From Botryllus schlosseri (Eukaryota): 64,000 nucleotides of DNA. Positions within the stretch are counted from its first letter, which is position 1; each line of letters opens with the position of its first letter. The notes under the pieces were generated by a model, which saw only the letters and a list, made by a program, of their open reading frames with translations, was not told the origin of the DNA and did no database searches. Shown piece after piece: positions 51,187 through 64,000 of the stretch. Position numbers and translations under genes: made by a program. Location: NCBI GenBank assembly GCA_051294905.1, contig CM119371.1, positions 10,418,001 to 10,482,000 on the forward strand, in the 5' to 3' direction.

Positions 51187-52165
51187 GTATGAACCATTCC
51201 GCAATAGCGAACATAGAATTGTGAACTTGTTCGGCATGATTTCACGCTTGTCACCAACGTTCCCTCTAATTTTTCACGAGTCTGCGCAAACACGCCAACT
51301 CACTGTGCAGGCCCTTGGACAACAGTGCGCAACCAGCCCCCCCCCCCTGTAGGGTGATATATCACCCTTTGGGCCGTGCGCTTTTTGCCACTGCTTATCA
51401 TCTAGATTGGAAGTCCGTTTGGTGGGTGTGCCGTCTGAACGAGCGAAGCGCGAACAATTTGTGTAATTCATGATTGCGTCGGTATATTGCTAGCAATTTT
51501 TATGCTATCTCTGCTCACGTAATCAGATTTACCGGTTGAGCTGATCGAGTCAGGTGTGTTGGAAAAGGTATAGGACCCCTAAATTAGGCTTACCATCTTT
51601 TAGAAATCTAAAAAGAGGACACTTTTTCAGAAATAGACTGGCAGACTAATTTTTCTCACTTTGTGATCGGTTGACCAAAAAAAAGGTCAACCTTCCGCTG
51701 AGAGCTCAAAATACCGTTTTTCTCTCCACATTGCTAGGTGGTTGACTAAAAAAAAGGTCAACTTCTCGCTGAGAGCTCAAATCACCGTTTTTCACTCCGA
51801 AATACCCGCCGGAGCGTCACTTCTGTGCTAATTTACGGCATATCACTCGCATTTTGCTCTAAATGTGGCCTAAATTTTCAAAAAAGAGGACAAAATCTCA
51901 AAAAAGAGGACAAATCCTCTTAAAAGAGGACGTATGGTAACCCTACCTAAATAGTAATTAAAGGTCTTCGGACGTACCTACTTATGTCTTCGCACTTCCT
52001 TGGTAATTTGGCTTGGTGAAGGGATGAGCATGAGAAACTATCCATTCGTTTTACCATCATTAAAAGCGATCAGTATAAACAGTGACAATCAGAATTAGCG
52101 AGTATTCTAAGCAACGTTGGCCATGGCCACACAGTCAAGCAGCTAGCCAAAACACTTGTTGCGAC

Positions 52166-52813
52166 CAGGGCTTTAGAGCCGGAGCCGGAGCCCCGGAGCC
52201 GTGCATTTTCACTGGAGCTGGAGTCGGAGTGCCTACATTTCACCGTCGACGATTTTTATGCGAGCGCAAACGCGAAAAGACTTTCTCCCGTAATTGCGAA
52301 TACAGTTAGACTCAATCGGCTAAATTAGGCGTTTTTGGCTACCAACCAAGAAATCGTGTGACAATTAAACACGCGAAGCGTGAAAAAAAATTTCGCTACT
52401 ATTTTAGTTTATTGTAACATACGACGATTTACTAAAAATGTGACTGGACCCTGGATCTGCCAATGCGCCGGAACAGATATTTTAGTCATCAACATCCAAA
52501 GTGTCGCAGCCAGAATTGTAATTTTTGGTTGTCATTGCAAGTTCACAATCTGAGCAATTCATTTTCGATAATATAATAGAAAATTACCTCACGGGCCACG
52601 CAAAACCCCCTCGCGGGCCACATTTGGCCCGCGGGTTGGCCACCCCTGATATAGACAGGACCATTCGATAATTTCAGAGCCGGAGCCGGAGCTGGAGCCG
52701 GAGCAGTGGTAATAATGCGGCTCCGGAGCTGGAGCCGGAGCTAATGTATGATAGAAGAGAGCTCCGGGGCCGGAGCTGGAGCAGTTTGTATTTACGGCTG
52801 CTCCAAAGCCCTG
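52166..52813. mobile_element. hAT-type MITE with (GGAGCC)n subtermini
   Basis: TIR CAGGGCTTT.GAGC / GCTCCAAAGCCCTG; perfect TSD gttgcgac. Confidence 0.85.
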
Positions 52814-53464
52814 GTTGCGACAAAAATGGACGCTTGAAACCGCAAGTACTATAGACGGCGAATCGTAATTTTGTGCGATCCTATGTGACGTCACAATATA
52901 TCCGTGTACATACATGGTGACATATGGATTCCCAGTAGACATACACACACGACTGACACGAGAACGCACTTCAAATCAACACATGCGATCGATATAGGAG
53001 GCCTACCGCGTTAAAACACTGATGTGACGTCTTATTAATACCGGCAATACACTATTTACTATCAAAACCTACAGTAATTTATATTGATACGAATAAGTCT
53101 GACCGAAGCAAGAACAATATTAGCGTATGACCTTATCGACAGAACCTTCCCGTTCAAACGAATCGAATAAAATCAAAATTTGTGCTGCTGAAAAGCTGAT
53201 TTAATTCAACGCCCCACAGTGCGCGGTTGAAGCATATATGCCGATAAACGTTTGCAAGGGGATGGATTTTTTCCTAAATATTGGTACTTTTACTTGCATA
53301 TTTTGCATATCATCCTATCTCATCACACGTGATCAGATTTGCCTGATGGAAGTGATGACTTCGAAAATTCACGGCATGTAATTGTACAGTAAATCTTATG
53401 TAATGTTCATGCCACGCGAAGAATACTATTCGTTGGTTTCTCGCAGATTAACTTCGAGTTGGAC

Positions 53465-53842
53465 CAGTGGTTCCCAACGTGGGCGATATCGCCCCCCAGG
53501 GGGCGATTTGGCGGTCCAGGGGGCGAAAATGACGAAGGGGGCGATATGGGATCGAAAATGCACAAAGGGGGGGACAGGGGGCGAAATTAGCCAAGGGGGC
53601 GATAGGGGGGGGGCGATGACGCAACAAAACGGCTGACCTTTTTTTTTAGTCATCCACCTAGCAATGCAGAGAGAAAAACGTTATTTTGAGCTCTGAGCGG
53701 TGAAAGATGACCTTTTTTTTTAGTAAACCCGCCGGTGATTACAGTTTGTATGCCCATTTTTCGGTACACAAAATCTGGGAGGCGATGAACGGTGTTAAGC
53801 TTGAAAAGGGGGCGATGGTTCGAAAAAGGTTGGGAACCACTG
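53465..53842. mobile_element. hAT-type MITE with GGGGCGA motifs
   Basis: TIR CAGTGGTTCCCAAC / GTTGGGAACCACTG; TSD agttggac/agttagac. Confidence 0.8.
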
Positions 53843-54601
53843 AGTTAGACCATTGTTATTATTATTTATAACTTTGTTAAACCATGTTATTTCACCATTC
53901 CCAGAAAAAGACTGCGCTATTGAAAAGATATCAGTATCGCTGACGCGTACGAGACCATACTAAAAGAAAAATCTCTTTCGTGAGGCCCACGTCATTGCAA
54001 ATTATCATTTCTTCGCAGTGCGCAATGTACCTCGGTTTCAGACTTCAGCGAGAACACTATCTGCCATTGACAATGTCCCCTCTAATTTTTCACGGTTCTG
54101 CCCGTTTGCGCGGTACCTTGGAGAACAGTGCGCAACGATTATAAAAAAGTCATCACTTCAGATTTTTTGTGCGCAGCTTAGATTTTCTGTGCGCAGAGAC
54201 CGTTTCAGCACTGCGCATTTGCGCACGTGCGCAGCTTGGAGGGAACATTGCTTGTCACTGAGAAACATATAGTAAGCAACGCACCCGACATACATCGAAT
54301 GCATGGTCTCAAAGGCGAATTTGGGGCCATGGACCCTGATTGAAAATATCTACTATCCAGTGGCCTACTTACTGAAAGAGCAGTTATGATTTGCGACCAA
54401 GCTCTATTCTGGGTAATCGGATCTGTGAGTTGGTACTGAATTCAAATTAACTATCAGTGACGATTTCTTCATGGAAGTTGGTGATTGTTCAAAAGTTTAG
54501 TTCCTAATGCCGTCATCAATGTTTCAATCGAATCGAAAAATCTCAACCGATAGCATTTCCCGTACATCAGCTTTACATGTGTTTGATTCTGGCGTAGTAT
54601 G

Positions 54602-54973
54602 TAGGCTTACCATATTTTGGAAATCTAAAAAGAGGACACTTTTTCAGAAATTTGCAACTTGCAAAACCGGAGTACAATTCTCAAAAAATGGTCATCTGTT
54701 CTGCTCAGAACTGCCAGGTGGATGACTAAAAAAAAGGTCATCTTTATGCTCGGAGCTAAAATCACCGTTTTTCACTCCGCAATACCCGCCGGAGCGTCAC
54801 TTCTGTGCTAATTTGCGGCGTATCACTCGCAATTTGCTCTAAATCTGACCTGAATTTTGAAAAAAGAGGACAAAATTTCAAAAAAGAGGACAAAAGGGCG
54901 TCCTCCGAGGACACTTTCAAAAAAGTCAAAAAAGAGGACAAATCCTCTTGAAAGAGGACGTATGGTAAGCCTA
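54602..54973. mobile_element. hAT-type MITE, TAGG(C/G)TTACCAT family
   Basis: TIR TAGGCTTACCATA / TATGGTAAGCCTA; perfect TSD gtagtatg. Confidence 0.85.
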
Positions 54974-55954
54974 GTAGTATGATTAGCGTCGATTTATTTC
55001 GGATCTGTTAGAACTGACAACACGCTAGATGGCGCTCGTGTCTTGAAATAATTGTGAGATTAGTTGTTACCGCAGTAATGTCGTTGGGTGTTATGAGCAT
55101 GAACAGAACAGGAACAATTGAAAATGCCATCTGTTGCAATTGGATAACAGCAATCCTTTCGTCTGTCGTGCAGTCATAGTAGTTATTGTGACGAATAATA
55201 GCCTGCTAGCATAGTTAGCTTTTAGTCTATGAACAACAATCTAGTTTTTAACACTTCACTTTAGTACAACGGCGTTATGACTAACATGAGCGATGCACAT
55301 GGCTACCACAAAAGAAGTAATATTTTACTAAAGTAGTGCAAATAAAACAAACAAAAATATCATGATCATAAACGTCATTTTATTCTGTACTATATGAGCT
55401 GCGCACGATACCCGACAACGCTTTCCAACGACTACTGAATCAATATTGGGACTAGCCTGACATGTTACCAAATGAAAAACTATCTCAACCTAAAATTTGA
55501 ACTTGTGGGGACATCCTACGCCGTTTTCTAAGCGTCTCTGTCTTGGCAGTGTCTGGGCCATTGCACGTCAAGGCAATATGCTTATTGATATGAACTGACT
55601 CTTCATCGATGAAATGCTGTTGCCATCGCCGACGCTGTTTCAGCTAGTGTGGAATAGTGTTGTTGGGCACTGGGCACAAGCGAATATCTCATTTTGAAAT
55701 AACAACAAATTTGAAACTGAAATCAATTTTAGCATTTCAAAATGCCTTGTTTCACGTAGTTCCAAAATTTCAAATCAGATCGGCGGTCACGATTGCGGTG
55801 ACCCCTGGTATAGCAAAAAACGAACCAAGCTTGGTGTACAGACGCTAACCATTCTCATGGTTGTTGGAATGCACTGTGATTTTATATGAACTGATTTTTG
55901 CTGTATGCATTACCCATTCACAATTTCATCCAATTTCCAAGTTTTTGCGAATTC

Positions 55955-56145
55955 AGTAAGTCAAATTCTAATCTATTTTGAAAAAAACTGTAGATCTAAT
56001 TCTCATCCAATTTGGAAAAAGCTGTGTGGCTCTATAATTCTAATTCCAATCTAATTCGGTAAAATATGTGTAGCTCTAATTCTAATTCTAATTCAATTTG
56101 GAAAAAACTGTGTAGCTGTAATTCATATTCTAATTCAATTCAGAA
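55955..56145. repeat. TCTAAT/TCCAAT low-complexity repeat, probably a transposon subterminus
   Basis: Repeated ttctaa units and aaaactgtgtagctctaattc units. Confidence 0.5.
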
Positions 56146-56399
56146 AAGTGGAAAATTTTACAATTGCCAAAGTCTCTTCAGAAAGACGGGATTTCAATTT
56201 CGAACCCCAAACCCCTGACCACCGCCCACAGCGTACCACCACAACAGCCACAATGCCACTTCTGATCGCGCGTAATTGCCCGTAATAGCCAATGGTGGCC
56301 AGGATGGGCTTGTCATCACGAATCATATATATGAGTAAAGTTTGTTCGTTTGTTTTATTTGCACAACTGATGACGCTTATCATCATTTCGGTCATTTGC

Positions 56400-56650
56400 G
56401 CCCGCTCAGTAATTTCATAAGTTCGTGTCTTTTTTAGGTCGTTTTCCACTTTCTTGCGTACGTTTTCTGGTCTCTACTTCCATTTTTCCTGAGTTCGTCT
56501 CACTCTTCCTGCTGGGATTTTGAAGGCGAGATCGGCGATGAGGAGCCCAGATAAACCTCCGACACATAGAAACATGGCAGAGCCGACACTCGAACCAACA
56601 ACCATTGATGTCGCGACGGTGACGCTTAGAACACTGCGCCACTCGCTACC
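56400..56650 (-). mobile_element. Diverged tRNA-derived SINE
   Basis: TGGCGCAGTG / GGTTCGAGTG boxes and a GGAGGTTTATCTGGG body. Confidence 0.5.
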
Positions 56651-59151
56651 CCTATATGAGGTAAGTGTACGCCTTGGCAACCAGTGAAACTTCTGAAAAC
56701 CACTGTTGAGAACCACCAGGTAGAGACATCTACTGAACAATATGCGGTGGTGAAACCTACGGTAATATTACATATAAATCAAAGTCTAAGCTATATGGTA
56801 GAGCTAGTAGAATAGACAAACGCAAAACGGGCTCAGGTAATATGATATACTACGATTATATAAAAACACCGTCGATTACGGCTTCGTACTTCGTTAACCG
56901 CCGAACCTAACAATGGTGAATGAAAGGAAATCGGCATTGTAACTCACAAGGAACAAAATACCATTGTGATGATTTGCACGACTCTATGTTATAGGAACCG
57001 GATTTGGCAACAACACTGCCCAGCCGAAGAAGATTATTCCGATTCGCACATTTGTATGATAGGCCTACTTGAAATTCCGCGAAAGCATATACGAATTGAT
57101 AAAATAGCGTATAATTTGCGGTGACATGGCATAATGAGCCTACCGAAGACTTCGGAATTCAGCTGCATACATGAACTTGGTTTCGCATACATGAAGATAA
57201 TTTTGTGACATTCAATGCGGGAATCAATTAGAGCCGTCAGTTACACTGAGGTGACACTTTGATATTTCATACCTCCGGGGCATAACAACGTGAGCTCAAT
57301 ATGTCATTACAGTCCACTCGGATAACGTCTGGATGAGAGATAGCGCACACGACGTTTTCACGACTGGTTACGTTATGGAATGCATACAGGAGTTAGATGG
57401 CAGACGTAAATATTCGGTAATTCATAAAAGCTATCTTTATGCCTGTTGGAAAGTTAAAATGCGTATAAGCAATAAGCATGCAATGAATCGCTGCAGGAGT
57501 GTGCTCGCCGACTCGGTATCGCAGTATATAGTTTTTCTAGCTATGATAAAGGTACATTAATGGAGGTAAATGTTTCACTAGATAGGGCCTGTATAATGGG
57601 TAATTTTGAGAATGCATTCCAAAACAAATATCTTCTATATCTCAGGAACAGCTTTTCTCCTCGTCTGGGCATACATTTTCGAAAACCTTATGTGATACAA
57701 TGCGATATGAGAATGTGCGATACATGCCAATTTGCCGTTTGATTAGCCAGCGTTACTGGGACATGGAAACCGTGCGGCCGCGGCGTTGTGTAATAAAAAT
57801 GTTGATGTTATCAGGATACATTATTTTGATCGTATTCAACCCTTTGAAACTACATATATTTTAAGCATTTACTGATTATCACGTTTTGCATTCCACAAGA
57901 TGAAATAGGGGCGCTTATCTTAACTATAATTGTGAGCCCCTTGTTTGACGTTAAAAGGACCTGAAGATGTACATGAAATATCTATATATAACATGCATGC
58001 ACACTGAATGAAAAGTAACGGAAGGAAACATAAAATGACAAGTATTGAATAGAAGTGGAAGGTGTTAGCAAGCGAAATCGATATGACATACCGTGATCTT
58101 GTAATCTAAAGCGCAGGCTAATATTGATTCAGTAGAATCTGTTAGTATCTTGTCATGAATGTGAACATGCTTGGCCTCAGTTTTAGTCAATCATGTCGTG
58201 CTAGTCGATTCGACTTTATTTTCGTCTTATACAGCAGTAGAAAAAATACCATCACCCCGTGCGTGAAAATAACGACAAGAATCAAAATTATATTGAATAG
58301 AATGTAGGCTGAATAGTATAGAATGCAGGCTGCTCAATTATTATACCTTGAAACGTCTATTTTGCGCCTTCGTCATGGAGTAAGGAATCGGTGCAATGTC
58401 GATACTGTTCTTTATGATCCATCATACCAAATGTCTGCTTCCGGCACCGGCAAAATAGCCTAATGGTGAAGCGTCCAGTTTCTTGATCGGTTTCTTGATC
58501 CGGTTTCTTGATAGGTCGTGGGTTCAATCCCCGGGCGGATCAAAGATCCTATTAGTAACGCTAGTATCCATGGCTTCCCCACTTGGCGCTCAGCATTACT
58601 GGGATAACATGGTGGGGTGGTTTAAAACTAAGAAAGCCTTGCAAGGATATATCTGCGCATTCCTTGCTCTGCAGCGTTTGTCATCATGCATACTCATGGT
58701 ATGCATATTTACAAATTGTGTGTATGGAGATCCTGAGTGGGTGTTATACGCCGCAAAAACATCAAGGAATAACAATATACATCCTATTCCTCGGGAAAAT
58801 GTGAAGTGAATTCGTAAACTTGATCCTGACCAATAGTTATTCAGTCGCGAAGTATCCTAACTCGCATATAATCAGACCATATATATCTTCAATATTGCAT
58901 TCTACTTTGAAGAAGTCGCGTCCGTAACTACAAAGCAGGTTGTTTGTTTGTTTTGGGGTATTCTTGGTGTCTGTCGACTGCTATGGTCATTCACACCAGG
59001 CCGATATTCTTCATATTTTCCGTTATTACCGACTTATAGCTCTCTAGGCTTTTGTAAGATACCGCTGACGCGGATGAGGATGTGCCTAGGTAAACCTCCA
59101 ACACTTAGGTATCCGAATCCGGAAGTCGACCTCGTTCGGACTCGAATCCGC

Positions 59152-60518
59152 CAGTGTTGGGATCAAGTCACTACCTTCGAGTCACGAGTCATCTCGAGTC
59201 ATTGCACATTTTGACTCGAGTCAAGTCAAGTCAATCGATTTTCAAAGGTGACTCGAGTCAAGTCAAGTCACTCGTTTTTTGGAGGTGACTCGAGTCAAGT
59301 CAAGTCAAGTCAAGTCAAGTCACGAGTCAAGTCACAATTCAAGTCAAATTGAATTTTCGAAGTATGAGTGATCATTCAAATTCATTATATTTTACTAGCT
59401 GTGTTAAAGAAATCAATTGGTCATTGATTTCGAATCAAATAACGAATATAAAGTAAAATATACATGCAAAAATGCGTTGTATCGCTCACACACACGTAGA
59501 ACTGCTAATAAAATACGTAAGTAACTGTATAGCTACATCAGGGGTGTCAAACATACGACCCGCCAAATGATTTCATTTGGCCCGCGAAGAAATTCTGGGT
59601 ATATGTTGAAAATTGCATGATTTTATCCAACACATTTCTCGAATTTGTAGTAAGAAATACTACTAATAAATATTCCTTCAAGATAGCAAATTTCGAGTAT
59701 GTTCATAGGCCACATTATAACAACCCGACAGCGGAGTTGTGATTGTAGTTATCGTCAGGAGAAAATCGCTGACATTAACACCCAATTCCGAGAATGCGAA
59801 AAAGTGCATATATTAAGTTAAGAGTTAGTAATATTTTGGAATCATTTGACTGGTGCGGCCCGCGAGTGATCTGTATATTTGAATTCGACCCGCGACGTCA
59901 GTTGAGTTTGACAACTCTGAGCTACATGCTACATTCTCTTATTATCAGCCAAAATAGAGGATCGAATACGAAGCCTCGAGAAGATGAAAGAAATTGATAT
60001 CGTACAATACACTAGCCATCTATACACATCCGTGAGGATATAAATGCATAAAATATATTTGTTAGATTTAAATCATACAAGAGGGTTGGTAAAGGTGAGC
60101 GCCGTGCAATGTAAGGACATTGCCGTCCAATAAACAGCGATACGTTGCTATTAAATTAATTTGCTACTTCGACAACGCAAGCTGTGATCATTTCGTATGC
60201 GGTCAGTGTATTTGTGATGTAACAATGTAGGATCAGTGAAACGTACAATCAGTGAATGACTGGTTGCTCTCAATAGTGAATAATCCGAACATCCACAAAA
60301 CACATTGATTTAAGATTTAGTCGAAACCGTTTACTTGATGACTTGAAATTGACTCGTAAATTTTGCTCCGAGTCACGAGTCAATCCACATTTTTTAAGCG
60401 CCGAGTCAAGTCAAGTCAAGTCATTTTTGCAAAGTGACTCGAGTCAAGTCAAGTCATTCGAAAAAGTTGACTCGAGTCTGACTCGAGTCAAGTCATGACT
60501 CGAGTCATCCCAACACTG
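59152..60518. mobile_element. Non-autonomous hAT element with (GAGTCAAGTC)n subtermini
   Basis: TIR CAGTGTTGGGAT / ATCCCAACACTG; perfect TSD gaatccgc; related motif fragment at ~10554-10665. Confidence 0.85.
59539..59919. mobile_element. hAT-type MITE nested in 59152-60518
   Basis: TIR CAGGGGTGTCAAAC / GTTTGACAACTCTG; perfect TSD agctacat. Confidence 0.85.
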
Positions 60519-62057
60519 GAATCCGCACCTATTGGTGTTGCAGCCGCGATTTATACCACTGCGCTATCTCGCCACACTACGAAGCAGTTGATATGGGCAT
60601 AATTGTCTTTACTTCGCCTATGTGTCTCAGTGTCATTTGCAACTGAATTGGAACTGAGTTGTTTCGCGTTCTTGGTACTTCATTTATGCACGATGATTTT
60701 TCTGTTGATGATCGACCCGCATTAGTATCTAGGAAAAGCAGTTCATTAACTACCACTGCTTTGAAAAGCAAGTGCTGTAACGAGGAGTTGGGTGTAGGGC
60801 AGATGTTTGTTTTATCCTTTACTGCATTAACAATGGGAAACCATCAAACTCCTCACTATTTACGGAATTCCGTATGTCGGCATTATAGTCGTGTTATAAG
60901 TCGGCGACAACAAGGTGATCCATGAAAGGAACCTATTTCCTGCATGGTTGCAGTCGTAAAAGAACGATGTATAGAGCAGGGATATTTTAATACATTAAAA
61001 CCAATAAATGCTGTGGTATGCTTACTAACATGAGTTCATTTCATTATCACGATGTTGTTGGACTGGACAGCAGTAGGCATCTCTATATATCTGCCATGAT
61101 TCTCCTCCTCCTTTTGATTTGAGAACTGATTAGTGTATTTGGGTCAAATTAATGATACCTAAGATAATTTCAAGCTATCCCGTCTCATCATTATCTCGCT
61201 TTTTACAGACAGACAGACGCTCCCCCACACAAACAACACACACGCTCAACGAAGTTGGATTAAATCGACTTTGGCAAAGAACATGCTATGAAATAGAGAT
61301 AAATGCAATACATAATTAATATATCAGCATCTGCGAGACGAAAGTAAAGCGTCGTCACTTGTATATACGTCATTATATCGACTGATTCTTTGGTAATCTA
61401 TCTTCGTGCTGCTATCTTATTCCACCCTATATAAATGTGCGTTGAAATGTGCGTTTACGTAAAATAGATATATATGAAGTATGGCAGACAATTAAAGCAG
61501 TTATTTATTAATAGTATCCGTATTATACGATGGTAACGACAAAGAGGTAACCGCTAATTCAGCTATAATCTCGACCTTGAAAGTGTGCCATGCGAAGTGT
61601 TCGGAGATTATCTTGGTTACTGTCGTCGATTAAATAGAATAATACAATTGCTAGATAAAGAGAAATCTGGCAGCTGCTATAATGTGAAGAGTGTGGTGTT
61701 CATAGTCCTATTTTACATAAATGGCATCTTCTCATACATTTGAATTCGTAGCACGCGATGTCTACTGTATGTAACAATTATTGTGTTGTGCAATTTTTTG
61801 AACTTTGAATTGCAATCAATCACCTGAAGCAGACGTATGACATTTGACATGCATGGCTAACATTACAGTGGTCGTAGCCAGAAATCCTTGGCTGTCATCC
61901 GCATTACACACGGCGCCATACGCACTGCATACAAATCTTCAACCCGACAAAGCGTCTAGCGTGCTCTAAATTTAATGAATCGATGATTTCAAACAATAGG
62001 CTATGCCACGGATTAACCCACAGAGATGGGAGGATTTGAAATTTATATGTCCTAATC

Positions 62058-62783
62058 CAGTGGTTCCCAGCCGGGGGGAATGTTGAAATTTTTAGGGGGG
62101 AATCTGGCCGAATTTTGTTAGGGAAAATCTGACTTTAGCATTGTATCAGAATATACATCTTGGGTCACAAGGTTTTCCGATTTTTATGGTATAGAACTGT
62201 AAGTAGAGATTAGTTCATTACAATTGTATGTTTCTTTGTCGGATTTCAAGCTAGGCATATGTTTAAATGCCTTCCGTAGCTATTAGGCTACACCCCCTAA
62301 TAAAGCGAGGCTCACGAGACCATTTCGTTGGGTCCGCGACAGCCTCTCGACCAAATTGTTACTAAGCAGGATAGCGTGAAGCCGAACTAAGCACAAGGCT
62401 GCTAGTGAAATTGTTTAACTTTTTAAGCCAACATATGATTTACCGTAAAAAACATGCCGTACCGAATTCATCGATTCAACTCAAGTCCATAGCAAGCGGA
62501 CCTGGTGATTTGTTTTTCGTTTGATTTGATTTGATTTGATTCGTTTACCCGATCGGTCAAAAACTGGTCAAATTAGACTGTACTTTGCCAAATTTTAGTG
62601 CGGTCCGCATTCGCCATAGTTCGGACATATCTGAATATGTTTGGCCAATAATTGCTCAGTCAACACATGGTTGCGGGTTAAAAAGCAAAAATTTTTAGTC
62701 ACAGGCAACTTTTTCATAGGGAGGAATTTTAGCTCAAATATCGGACAAGGGGGGTACAAGACGAAAAAGGTTGGGACCCACTG
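62058..62783. mobile_element. hAT-type MITE nested in an AATCC-motif element (~62022-63170)
   Basis: TIR CAGTGGTTCCCA / TGGGACCCACTG; perfect TSD tcctaatc. Confidence 0.75.
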
Positions 62784-64000
62784 TCCTAATCCAATCCAAA
62801 TCCGACACTTCAAAGCCTAATCCATAACTTTTGTATATTAAAATCCTAATCCTGATTCTAATCCGACTCAATCTTGGAATTCAACATAGAAACTGAAGGC
62901 TACATCGTAATTGCTTATTTAATTCCGCAAAAAGAAATAAAATGCTGAATGGGTGCCAAAGTACCTGAAGTATTAACTTTGCAAACTATGTAAAATGCGT
63001 TGTAGGACGAAAAGCTTTATCGTTGTTTGCTACCGTACATCATTATCTCCGCGAAAATCAGCCAATTCAAACTTGATCCTTTTTCAAAAAATTCTCAAAT
63101 CCTAATCCAATCCAAATCCGACAAAATTTCACCAATCCGGTTTTTCCAAGTCCTAATTTATGCTAATCTCTGTTTACCACATAGCTGTAAATGCTTATTA
63201 AACATTTTCCAGGCGAGCTTCATTGCACATTGCGTAAGCTTGCGCGTATATTACCATTATTCGAAATATTGATATACGTGCACCATGAAATTATACTAAG
63301 GATTTCACTACCATTTACTGGACAAAGAGAACTGTATAGCACATATCATGTACGGTATTCAGCAATGATTTTTCTGAAATATTTCGTGATGCAAATGCAC
63401 ACCGCGGTTCGGAGGTCATAGTAGGTGACCAGCAGGTCATGTTGCGCGGTAAGCAACACGTTTTGGCACTGATTCTAATTATTTGGCATTGTGTTCGACA
63501 CTGGGAAAGACTATTCCTTAAAGATATGACATAAACATTTCCGATGAAAACCAGCATTTGCAATTGTCGCACAGTACAGTAACTGAATCCCATTCGCATA
63601 TATTGTATAGAACCAGTTACCAAAGAGGCTAGGATACATTGTGCTGGTATATGTTGTAGTTTATGGCCGGTAAAATCATGCATCTCCTGTCTTAAGATTG
63701 CATATATTTAAAGTGGGTATTGGAGATAATATTTGCTCGAGAACTGACTCTATACAGATAAGTTAATTAAGTATTATCACTTTCGCCAGAGGTCGTGCGA
63801 AATCGGTAACATTAACCAAGTGTTGTAGCCGAGGTATTGAAGGCCTATATCCCTGATCACTCAAGCGATCACACGCCGGTAACGCGACCATGCTGTTTTC
63901 CGATCTAGTTATAATCTTGCAAGGTTGATTGATGGTAGTACGCTGTATTCGACCGTTTCTAAATCAGCAGAAACATGGATCTACAAGCCGACAGCGTTTT

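Larger units (their letters stand above)
58939..60575 (-). mobile_element. tRNA-derived SINE split by a DNA transposon
   Basis: Tail at 58939, body to 59151, head at 60527-60573; TSD actac(a/g)aagcag. Confidence 0.75.

Noticed and set aside
56900..64000. Scattered candidate exons of a host gene (e.g. ~57310-57365, 60577-60771, 63420-63960)
   Set aside because: I could not assemble a consistent spliced product or recognise a family.

Overview
This is eukaryotic, AT-rich, transposon-dense animal DNA; an invertebrate chordate such as an ascidian is plausible but only inferred. Host genes are two intronless MFS (SLC49/FLVCR-like) transporter paralogs on the minus strand (about 1.0-2.5 kb and 38.6-40.0 kb) and the spliced 3' half of an intelectin-like lectin gene (9.56-11.70 kb, +) that the ORF track misses. 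The dominant structure is a 13.7-kb giant palindromic element (23924-37629). It has two nearly identical 6.3-6.5 kb inverted arms around a 978-bp unique spacer, 5'-AGTAGT...ACTACT-3' termini, a perfect 6-bp target-site duplication (CACGCA) and G-rich subterminal repeats. These are Polinton/Maverick integration hallmarks, but I see no intact pPolB, integrase, capsid or ATPase ORF, so it looks like a non-autonomous 'copy-back' Polinton-like element. It sits in a decayed Gypsy pol. The rest is nested non-autonomous hAT elements and MITEs with 8-bp TSDs, CATAG-ended foldback MITEs with 7-bp TSDs, tRNA-derived SINEs, and LINE, Penelope, hAT-transposase and THAP relics. All comparisons were made by eye; no alignments or database searches were run.
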